A DNA stretch of 64,000 nucleotides from an uncultured Acidobacteriota bacterium. GTDB taxonomy: Bacteria; Acidobacteriota; JAQAZP01. Shown here in pieces: positions 21,453 through 29,511 of this stretch. The stretch covers positions 32,001 to 96,000 of the forward strand of contig CAWIIB010000009.1 in NCBI GenBank assembly GCA_963836075.1. Direction: 5' to 3'. A program made the position numbers and the translations under genes. Positions within the stretch are counted from its first letter, which is position 1; each line of letters opens with the position of its first letter. Below the pieces are notes generated by a model. The model did no database searches, was not told where the DNA came from, and was given only the letters and a program-made list of their open reading frames with translations.

Positions 21453-21600
21453 TGTCCGGCTCCGGGGTCTGCCGGGCCAGCTCGGCCTGGTATTTCTTCC
21501 ACCCGGGACACCAGCGGGTGTGCCAGCGCCAGATCCGGGCGAGGAGCGATTCGGGCTTTCTCTCGGAATACGCGCGCCAGCCGCAGTCTTCGCATCCCAT
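21436..21600 (-). CDS. Small Cys/Trp-rich hypothetical protein (54 aa)
   Basis: MGCEDCGWR...ARIWRWHTRWCPGWKKYQ. GAGG RBS upstream; overlaps the methyltransferase start. Confidence 0.65.
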   Translation of the reverse strand: MGCEDCGWRAYSERKPESLLARIWRWHTRWCPGWKKYQAELARQTPEPDNEPGT

Positions 21601-21677
21601 GACGGGCACCTCGCGTGAAGGAGAAAGCAGGGACGGTTCCTGGAAAATGGTAAACGTCCCCATTTTCTCAATTTCGA

Positions 21678-22013
21678 TCAAACAGTTACCGTTTCCCCGG
21701 GCCCGAGCATGACGGAGACGATCTCCTGCATGTTGCTCTCCCGCCCCACCGCCACCCGCTCCTGCAGGCCGAAGTGGGCGAGGCAGGTGCCGCAGGCCGC
21801 CAGATCGACGCCCTGGCTGTCGAGGGCCTCCAGCGCGTCGAGAACCGGGGAGTCGTCGGCCACCAGCCGCACCCCCGAGTTGTAGAAAATGACCGCCGAC
21901 GGCTTCTCCACCGCGGCGGCCAGGGTCCGGAGGAACGACCCCATCAGCCGCAGGCCCAGTTCATTGTCACCCCGTCCCAGCGTCTCGCAACCGACAATAA
22001 TGCTCTTGCCCAT
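21678..22013 (-). CDS. DsrE-fold sulfurtransferase-like protein (selenium metabolism YedF C-terminal type)
   Basis: LGRGDNELG..LM.SF, FYNSGV, ACGTCL, SNMQEIV. Confidence 0.82.
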   Translation of the reverse strand: MGKSIIVGCETLGRGDNELGLRLMGSFLRTLAAAVEKPSAVIFYNSGVRLVADDSPVLDALEALDSQGVDLAACGTCLAHFGLQERVAVGRESNMQEIVSVMLGPGETVTV

Positions 22014-22029
22014 CAACTGCTCCGTCCGT

Positions 22030-23421
22030 TCAATTCAGTTCCACGGTCTCCAGATACTCTGGAACATGGGGATTGAAAGATGCCGCCTTCAGCTTCTCCG
22101 CCAGCGATGCACTCGACTCCGGCTCGCCGTGAACCACAAAGGTCTTCCTGGGCTTGCTGCTGAAGCCGCGCAGCCAGGCGAGGATCTCTTCGTAGTCGGC
22201 GTGGGCCGAGTATCCCGAGATCTGCTCGATGGTGGCCTTCACCGGCACGTACTCGCCGTGGATCTTCACCGACTCGGCCCCTTCGAGAATCGCCCGGCCC
22301 CGGGTACCCTCCGCCTGGTAGCCGATGAAGAGTATCGTCGTGCGCGGGTCGGGCATCTTGTTCGCCAGATGGTGCAGGATCCGGCCGCCGGAGAGCATGC
22401 CGCTGGCTGAGATGATGATCCCCGGGCCGTTGAAGCTGTTCAGTTCGATGGACTGCTTGGTGGACTCGGTGAACTTGATGTGCCGGGTGCGAAAGATCTC
22501 CACGCCGCGCACCTCCAGCAGGGCCGTCTGCATGTCGTGGTCCTGGATGTTGTCCATGTAGACCCTGGTGGCCTTGATCGCCATCGGGCTGTCCAAAAAG
22601 ACGGGGAGCTTCATGATCTCGTCGGCGTTTTCCATCTCGCGGATGTTGAACAGCAGTTCCTGGGTCCGGCCCACCGAGAAGGCGGGGATGAGCAGGACAC
22701 CGCCGCGGGCCGCACTCTCCTTGATCACCTGGGCCAGTACCGACTGCGGGCTCTCCTCCCCGTGCAGCCGGTTGCCGTAGGTCGACTCCAGCACCAGCCA
22801 GTCCGCCTCGGAGACCTGCACCGGGTCGCGCAGCACCGGCTTGTCCGGCCGGCCCAGGTCGCCGGAAAAGACGATCTTCCGTGTCTCGCCGCTCTCCGTC
22901 TTCCACTCGATGCAGACAAAGGCCGAACCGAGGATGTGGCCGGCGTTGAGGAACCAGAGCACCAGCCCGCCGCCCAGCTCCAGCCGGTGGCTGTAGGGCG
23001 TCGGTTCGAGGAGGGATATGGCCGCTTCGGCGTCGTCCTTGTCGTAGAGGGGCAGAGCCTCCTTGTGCTTCGAGTAGCCCTTCTTGTTCGCCCAGCGGGC
23101 CTCCTCCTCCTGCAGGTGGGCCGAGTCCATCAGCATCACCGCGCAGAGTTCGGCGGTGCTCTTGGTGCAGTAGACCGGCCCGGAGAAGCCGTCCTTGACC
23201 AGCCGGGGCAGGTAGCCGGTGTGGTCGATATGGGCGTGGGTCAACACCACCGCATCGACTCCCGTCGCGTCCAGGGGCAGCGGCTCGCGGTTGCGCAGCC
23301 GCAGCTTCTTCAAGCCCTGGAACATGCCGCAGTCCACCAGCAGGCGGAACCCGTCGTGTTCGAAAAGGAATTTCGATCCGGTGGTCGTGCCGGTGGCACC
23401 GAGAAAAGTAAGTCTGGCCAA
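22030..23421 (-). CDS. MBL-fold beta-CASP metallo-hydrolase/ribonuclease
   Basis: LTHAHIDH, AGHILGS, FSGDLG, ESTYG, SAHAD, VHGE. TTG start after GGAGG. Confidence 0.92.
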   Translation of the reverse strand: MARLTFLGATGTTTGSKFLFEHDGFRLLVDCGMFQGLKKLRLRNREPLPLDATGVDAVVLTHAHIDHTGYLPRLVKDGFSGPVYCTKSTAELCAVMLMDSAHLQEEEARWANKKGYSKHKEALPLYDKDDAEAAISLLEPTPYSHRLELGGGLVLWFLNAGHILGSAFVCIEWKTESGETRKIVFSGDLGRPDKPVLRDPVQVSEADWLVLESTYGNRLHGEESPQSVLAQVIKESAARGGVLLIPAFSVGRTQELLFNIREMENADEIMKLPVFLDSPMAIKATRVYMDNIQDHDMQTALLEVRGVEIFRTRHIKFTESTKQSIELNSFNGPGIIISASGMLSGGRILHHLANKMPDPRTTILFIGYQAEGTRGRAILEGAESVKIHGEYVPVKATIEQISGYSAHADYEEILAWLRGFSSKPRKTFVVHGEPESSASLAEKLKAASFNPHVPEYLETVELN

Positions 23422-23434
23422 ACCGCACCTCCCA

Positions 23435-24055
23435 TTATTTATTGTCGCCCCTGTAATATTCAGGGTACAGCTTCTTGAAGCACTCCGGGCAGAGACTGTG
23501 ACTGAACTCGGCCTCCGAGTGCTCACAGATATAGGTTTCCAGCCGCTGCCAGCGCCCCCCCTCGACCCGGATCATGTTGCAGGAAGCGCAGACCGGCAGC
23601 AGGCCGGACAACTGCTTGACCGTGGCCAGCGTCTCGCTCAGTTTGGCGTTGAGCCGCCGCAGCTCCACGATGTCGTCAAAGCGGGCCATGGCCACGGTGA
23701 TCGCCCGTTCCATCTCCCGAGCGGTGGACGGTTTGACCAGGTAGGCGCCGAGACCGGCGTCCACCGCTCCGTGCATCAACTCCGGGCTCTCGTAAGCGGT
23801 GAGGGCCACCACCGGGACGGGGTTGGATTCCATGATCAGGCGGGTGGCCTCGATGCCGTCCATCTCCGGCATCTTGATGTCCATCAGCACCACGTCGGGC
23901 GAGAACCGCGAGACCATCTCCAGGGCTTCCCGGCCGTCGTTGGCCTCGCCCACCACCAGGCAGCCGATCTCCTCCAGCGTCCCGCGCACCATCTCGCTCA
24001 CCAGGTGGTCGTCCTCCACCACCAGCACGCGAACCTGTTTCTTCTCCCAGTTCAT
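23435..24055 (-). CDS. Response regulator with C-terminal Cys/His-rich domain
   Basis: REC domain (VEDD, MDIKMP, VKP) plus LLPVCASC..IR...HSLCPEC. Confidence 0.85.
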   Translation of the reverse strand: MNWEKKQVRVLVVEDDHLVSEMVRGTLEEIGCLVVGEANDGREALEMVSRFSPDVVLMDIKMPEMDGIEATRLIMESNPVPVVALTAYESPELMHGAVDAGLGAYLVKPSTAREMERAITVAMARFDDIVELRRLNAKLSETLATVKQLSGLLPVCASCNMIRVEGGRWQRLETYICEHSEAEFSHSLCPECFKKLYPEYYRGDNK

Positions 24056-24065
24056 CACGCTCCTC

Positions 24066-25034
24066 TCACCGTACCTCGACCCAGCGGTCATCCTCCGCCG
24101 ACCGCACGCAGGCCTCGCACAGCCGCACCGCGGCCAGCCCCTCGTCCGCCGGTATCGGGTTGGGCCCGCTGCCGCGCACACAGGCCTCCCACTGCCGCAG
24201 CAGGGGCACCAGGGTGGGCACCGGCGGTTCCTGCTGCCGGGGCTCGGGGACACCGGCCCCGACAAACTCCAGTGTCCCGCGGAAATGGTCGCCGCGCAGC
24301 GTCCCCGCTGAACCGACGAACTCGAAGCGGCCGCTGCGGGCCGGCCCCACCTTGCTCGCCTCCACCAGGCCCACCACCCCGTCCACGCACTCCAGCTGGG
24401 CGGTGAACAGGTCTTCGAGACGGGTGGTGCCGCGGCGGTAGGCCGTGGCCCGCACCCGCACCACCTCGCGGCCGGTGATGAAGCGCAGGGCGTCGAAGGT
24501 GTGCACCGCGGTGTGCAGGATCACTCCGCCGCCGGCGGCTTCGGGATCGTCCAGCCACTGGTGGAATGGCGGCTCGAGACGGAAGTCGGCGGAGAACGAG
24601 TGCAGCCGGCCAACCTCGGGCAGATGCTCCTGCAGCGCCCGCACCGTGCTGTTGAACCGCAGGGTCTGAGCCACGGTGAGCGGGAGTTCCCGTTCGGCAA
24701 AGGCCCGGACCATCGCTTCCGCGTCGGCCGCGGTCATGGCCAGCGGCTTCTCCACCAGCAGCGGCTTGCCCAGCTCGGCGCAGGCCAGGGCCAGGGCGGT
24801 ATTGATGTCCGGCGTGGCCGCGGCCACCACCGCGTCGACCCGCGGGTCGGCCACCAGGTCGGACCAGAGCCGGTACCACGTGGCGCCCCAGTTCCGGGCC
24901 TGGGCCTCGCCCTCCGGGGAGCGGCGGCTGATGGCGGCAAGCTCCAGACCCGGCAGGTCCTGCAGGATGTGGGCAACGTAGCGAGCGCCATGCCGGCCCG
25001 TCCCGATGACCCCGACCTTGAGTGTTTCGTCCAC
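24066..25034 (-). CDS. Gfo/Idh/MocA family oxidoreductase
   Basis: VGVIGTG, LVEKPLA, GGGVI...VH..D. Confidence 0.88.
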   Translation of the reverse strand: MDETLKVGVIGTGRHGARYVAHILQDLPGLELAAISRRSPEGEAQARNWGATWYRLWSDLVADPRVDAVVAAATPDINTALALACAELGKPLLVEKPLAMTAADAEAMVRAFAERELPLTVAQTLRFNSTVRALQEHLPEVGRLHSFSADFRLEPPFHQWLDDPEAAGGGVILHTAVHTFDALRFITGREVVRVRATAYRRGTTRLEDLFTAQLECVDGVVGLVEASKVGPARSGRFEFVGSAGTLRGDHFRGTLEFVGAGVPEPRQQEPPVPTLVPLLRQWEACVRGSGPNPIPADEGLAAVRLCEACVRSAEDDRWVEVR

Positions 25035-25229
25035 GCGTCGCCCCCTGGTTTCGGTGTCTGAAAGAGGCGTCCGCCGCAGGAGAAAACCTCTCTGCCCCGC
25101 CGGCGGCGCCTGAACCGCCATTATAGACCAAGCCGCCCGCCGCGGCCACGCCGGGTGGGGAGGATGCCCTGCCAGCGGTGTTTCTGCTATCATGGGGCAA
25201 CGGTCCCGACCGCCAGCATGGAGTTCTTG

Positions 25230-25598
25230 ATGACCAAACCCCGATCAACAGCCGGCCGTGGCAAGCGCCTGCACGGCGTGGGCCAGGGCAACGCGCCCTC
25301 GTCCTTCGACGCGGTCTACGACCTGGTGCGCCAGATCCCCAGCGGGCGGGTGGCCACCTACGGTCAGATCTCCAACCTGATGGGCAACCTGCTCTCGCCG
25401 CTGGCCGTGGGCTGGGCGCTGCACAGCTGCCCCGACGGCGTTCCGTGGCAGCGGGTGGTCAACGCCGCCGGCGCCCTCTCCACCGAACGGCTGCCCGATA
25501 TCCCTCCGGGACTGCAGCGGGCCATGCTCCAGGCCGAGGGGGTGGTCTTCGGCGAAGACGACACCATCGACCTGGAGCGCTTCCGGTGGGAGCCCTGA
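25230..25598 (+). CDS. MGMT-family alkyltransferase-like (ATL) DNA repair protein
   Basis: VRQIPSGRVATYGQI and PWQRVV (W replaces the catalytic Cys), LQAEGV. Confidence 0.88.
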   Translation: MTKPRSTAGRGKRLHGVGQGNAPSSFDAVYDLVRQIPSGRVATYGQISNLMGNLLSPLAVGWALHSCPDGVPWQRVVNAAGALSTERLPDIPPGLQRAMLQAEGVVFGEDDTIDLERFRWEP

Positions 25599-25599
25599 G

Positions 25600-28317
25600 A
25601 TGAAAAGCCTGCTGGTGGGAATCGCGCGGCGGCCGGTGCTCTCGGTCTTCCTCCTCGCCGTGGCCATCTCGCTGATCATCCTCAACATCGGCGAGCTGGA
25701 GATCGACACCTCGGGCAAGGGCCTCACCGCCGCCGGTGACCCGGCCGCCGACGTGCTGGAGCGGTTCCGCGAGACCTTCGGCAGCGACTCGCTGACCCTG
25801 GTGGTACTCAAGGCCCCCGAAGGGGATGTGTTCACACCGCAGGCCCTGCGGTCGGTCCGGGACCTCACCGCGGCCCTGGGCCGGCTGGAGGGGGTCACCG
25901 GGATAAAGAGCCTGGCCACGGTGCAGGGGTTCGACCTCTTCCTCGGGCTGCCCGTGCGCAGCGGCCTGCTCCGCAACATCCCCGCCGACCCCCAGGAGCT
26001 TGCCCGGCTCAAAATGCGGGTGCTGGACAGTCCGGTGCTGGTGGGCACCGTGGTCTCGGCCAGCGGTGACTGTGCCGCGATCAGCATCTTCACCGAACCG
26101 CCGCCCGGCGCCGACGGGTTCAACGCCACCTTTGCCGAGGCCGTGGACGCCCTGATCATCGAGCATGCCGGCGGTCTGGAGGGCTACCAGATCGGCGAGC
26201 CGATGGCCAAGAACGCCTTCAGCGACTTTATCCAGCGTGACCAGCGCTACCTGGTGCCCTGGTCGGTGGTCCTGCTGGTGCTGGTCCTTTTCCTCGCCTA
26301 CCGCAACATCACCGTGGCGTTGCTGCCGGTGCTCACCGGCGGCCTGAGCGTGCTGGCCACCCTGGGCTTCATGGCCCTGGCCGGCTTCGCGATCAACGTG
26401 GTCACCGCCATCGTCCCCTCGATCCTCATCGTGGTGGGCTGCACCGAAGACGTGCACATGGTCTCAAAATACTACCGCCAGCTGGGCAAGGGCCGGGACA
26501 AGGTCACCGCGCTGCTGAAGATGGCGATGCACAGCGCGGTGCCGATCACCCTCACCACGCTGACCACCTTCCTCGGCTTCGCCACCCTGGCGGTGAACAA
26601 GGTCACCATCCTGCGCCAGTTCGGCATCGTCTGCTCCTTCGGCCTGCTGGCCAACTTTCTGATCACCATCGTGGTCGTCCCGGCCGCCCTGCGGCTGATC
26701 CCCGCCTCCAAGGCGCTGCGCCTCCAGGAACGGCGAAGCACGGGCCGCTGGAGCGGCCTGATCAACTGGCTGACCACCTTCACCGCCGAGCGGAAAAAGC
26801 TGATCACCGTCTCCACGGCACTGCTGGTACTCCTTGCCGTGGCCGGCTGTTTCCGCCTCGAGGTGGACACCAACTTCACCCGCTACTTCCGCGAGGGGTC
26901 CACGGTGCGGGACAACACGGCCCGGGCCGCCCGGGACCTTTCCGGAGCGATGACCCTGCAGGTCTACATCCAGGCCCTGGGGCTGCAGCGGGTGACCGAC
27001 CCGGCGATCCTCCAGCGGGTCAGCGCCTTCCAGCAGCGTCTGGACGACACCGGCCTCTTTGCCAAGAGCCTCTCGGTGGCCGATCTGCTACGTGAGGTGC
27101 ACCGCCAGGCGGAGGGTGGCCTCCCGCACCCCTTGTGGGTTCCGCAAAGCGAGGAGGATGTGGAGCGCACCCTGGCCCTGCTGGGTGACAGCGAAACCAG
27201 CAGCTTCGTGGACCGCCGCCGCCAGAGCCTGAACATCTCGGTCTGGCACGACATCACCGGGTCCCGCGCCCTCTCCTCGGCCATCCAGCAACTGGAGGCC
27301 CTGGCCAAAGAGGAACTGCCCGCCGACCTCGACGTCCAGGTCACCGGCCACTGGGTGCTGATCAACAACTCGGCCGACGCCATGGCCGTGGGACAGGTGC
27401 AGAGCCTGGCCCTGGCCCTGACCGCCGTGTTCATCATCATCTCGGCACTCTTCCTCTCCTTCAAGGCCGGCCTGGTGGGGATGGTGGCCAACGTGGTGCC
27501 GATCCTCTTCAACTTCGGCCTGATGGGCTGGCTGGGCATCCCGCTGAACACCGGCACCTGCATGGTGGCGGCCATCGCCCTGGGCATCGCGGTGGACGAC
27601 ACCATCCACTTCATGGTCCGCTACCAGCGGGAGCTGCGCCAGACCAACCAGCAGCGCCGGGCCATGACCCGGACCCTGCGCAAGGAAGCCGAGCCGATCA
27701 TCCTCACCACCGTGGCCCTGGTGCTCGGTTTCGGCGTGCTGACCTTCTCCAGCTTCATCCCCATCGCCCACTTCGGCCTGCTGGCGGCCATGGTGATGGT
27801 CTACGCCCTGGCCGCCGACCTGCTGATCAACCCGGTGGTGCTGACCAGCGTCCAGCTGATCACCATCTGGGACTTCGTCGCCCTGCGCCTGAACCGCAAC
27901 ATCACCGAGGAGAGCCCGGTGTTCCGCAACATGCGGCCCGGCGAGGCGAAGAAGGTGGTGCTGCTGGGCACCCTGCGCACGGTGACGGCGGGCGAAACGG
28001 TGATCCGCGAGGGCCTGGCCGGGGAGTCGATGTTCATGATCGTCTCCGGCGCCATGAAGGTGACGGTGGACGTGGGCGGGCGGCCCCGGCTGCTCAACCG
28101 GCTGGGACCGGGGGAGGTGATCGGCGAGATGGCCCTGCTGGGCGGCGGCACCCGGTCGGCCACGGTCACCGCCACCGAAGACAGCGAACTGCTCCGCCTG
28201 GACGAGCAGTCGCTGGAACGGGTGCGCCGCCGCTCGCCGCGCATCGCGGCCAAGCTCTTCCTCAACCTCTCCCGCATCCTCAGCGACCGCCTGCGGGCAC
28301 AGAACATCGCTGAGTAA
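25600..28317 (+). CDS. MMPL/RND-family transporter with C-terminal cyclic-nucleotide-binding domain
   Basis: Two RND repeats (GIAVDDTIHF). C-terminal CNBD with GEVIGEMALLGGGTRSATV. Confidence 0.88.
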   Translation: MKSLLVGIARRPVLSVFLLAVAISLIILNIGELEIDTSGKGLTAAGDPAADVLERFRETFGSDSLTLVVLKAPEGDVFTPQALRSVRDLTAALGRLEGVTGIKSLATVQGFDLFLGLPVRSGLLRNIPADPQELARLKMRVLDSPVLVGTVVSASGDCAAISIFTEPPPGADGFNATFAEAVDALIIEHAGGLEGYQIGEPMAKNAFSDFIQRDQRYLVPWSVVLLVLVLFLAYRNITVALLPVLTGGLSVLATLGFMALAGFAINVVTAIVPSILIVVGCTEDVHMVSKYYRQLGKGRDKVTALLKMAMHSAVPITLTTLTTFLGFATLAVNKVTILRQFGIVCSFGLLANFLITIVVVPAALRLIPASKALRLQERRSTGRWSGLINWLTTFTAERKKLITVSTALLVLLAVAGCFRLEVDTNFTRYFREGSTVRDNTARAARDLSGAMTLQVYIQALGLQRVTDPAILQRVSAFQQRLDDTGLFAKSLSVADLLREVHRQAEGGLPHPLWVPQSEEDVERTLALLGDSETSSFVDRRRQSLNISVWHDITGSRALSSAIQQLEALAKEELPADLDVQVTGHWVLINNSADAMAVGQVQSLALALTAVFIIISALFLSFKAGLVGMVANVVPILFNFGLMGWLGIPLNTGTCMVAAIALGIAVDDTIHFMVRYQRELRQTNQQRRAMTRTLRKEAEPIILTTVALVLGFGVLTFSSFIPIAHFGLLAAMVMVYALAADLLINPVVLTSVQLITIWDFVALRLNRNITEESPVFRNMRPGEAKKVVLLGTLRTVTAGETVIREGLAGESMFMIVSGAMKVTVDVGGRPRLLNRLGPGEVIGEMALLGGGTRSATVTATEDSELLRLDEQSLERVRRRSPRIAAKLFLNLSRILSDRLRAQNIAE

Positions 28318-28325
28318 ACGCTTCC

Positions 28326-28582
28326 CCTGTCATTGCGAGCCCCCGACCCTCGGGGGTCGCGGGAAGTCAGCGGAAGAAACAACCGTTCTTTCGCTGTCAT
28401 TGCGAGGAGCCGTCGAAGACGGCGACGAAGCAATCTCATTGAATCGGAAAGACATCCGAGGAGATCGCCGCGTCGTCGGCTACGCCGACTCCTCGCGATG
28501 ACACTTCCTGGCCGTGCGCTTGTTTCTTAAGAGCCACTGACCCGCGAGGATCCACGGGAAGTCAGTGGCTCGCAATGACAGG
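28326..28582. repeat. Nested palindromic (RPE/REP/MITE-like) elements
   Basis: Outer perfect 16-bp IR CCTGTCATTGCGAGCC/GGCTCGCAATGACAGG. Inner element 28395-28503 TGTCATTGCGAGGAG...CTCCTCGCGATGACA. Confidence 0.8.
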
Positions 28583-28611
28583 AACAAGTCAGCTGATCGC
28601 AATGGCAGAGG

Positions 28612-29508
28612 TCAGGTCATCCGGTCGGGGACGGCTTCGGCTTTTCGGCCCTCGAAGGCGAGGACCAGCACCGAGAGGCAGATCAGCAGGTAGCCGGCGG
28701 CGCCGGGGCCGGTGATCCGCTCGCCCCAGGCAAAGAAGGCCACCAGGCCGGCCAGCAGCGGTTCCACCAGGGTGGCGGCGGCGATGCGCGAGGCGTCAAA
28801 GTGCTTGAGGGCGTTGTTGAACGAGGTGTGGCCGATCAGGGTGGGGATGAGCGCCATCAGCACGAAACAGAGCCAGGTGATGGCGTTGTAACGGACCAGC
28901 GGCAGGTCGAAAAAGGGGAAGCAGGCAAAGGAGAAGAGGGCCGCCGTGCCGTAAACCACGGTGACGTAGACCCGGTTGTCCAGCCTGGGGCGGAGGCGCT
29001 TGCCGGCGAGGAAGTAGACGGTGAACAGCACTGAACAGAGCACGGCCATGGCGTCACCGGGCAGTGAACCACCGCCCAGGGTAAAGTCGCCGATGCCGAT
29101 CACCGCCACCCCGGCCAGACCGAGGCCGATGGAGAGGAACAGGGCCCAGCCCAGCCGCTCGCCAAAGATGAAGTACGCGGCCAGGGCGGTGAGCACCGGG
29201 TTGATGGAGAAGAAGATCGCCGCGTTGGCCACCGTGGTCAGCTGCACCGCGGCGATCCAGGTCAGGAAGTGGGCGGACAGCGCGGCCCCGGTAAAGAGCA
29301 GCAGCGCCCACTCACCCCGGCTGAGCCGGGCCAGCTGGTTCAGCTGGCGGCCGGCCAGCGGGGCCAGCACCACCACGGCCAGCAGCAGGCGCCAGGCGGC
29401 GATGGCCGCCGGGTGGGCCTGGCCCAGACGGATGATGTTCCCCGACTGGCTGGCGGCCAGCAGCCCCAGGACGAGGAAGAAGAAGGCCTGGCGTGCGCTG
29501 CGGCTCAA
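28612..29508 (-). CDS. DMT/EamA family transporter
   Basis: About 10 TM segments in two EamA repeats; GD.MA, GHT.FN, EP..A. Confidence 0.88.
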   Translation of the reverse strand: MSRSARQAFFFLVLGLLAASQSGNIIRLGQAHPAAIAAWRLLLAVVVLAPLAGRQLNQLARLSRGEWALLLFTGAALSAHFLTWIAAVQLTTVANAAIFFSINPVLTALAAYFIFGERLGWALFLSIGLGLAGVAVIGIGDFTLGGGSLPGDAMAVLCSVLFTVYFLAGKRLRPRLDNRVYVTVVYGTAALFSFACFPFFDLPLVRYNAITWLCFVLMALIPTLIGHTSFNNALKHFDASRIAAATLVEPLLAGLVAFFAWGERITGPGAAGYLLICLSVLVLAFEGRKAEAVPDRMT

Positions 29509-29511
29509 GCG

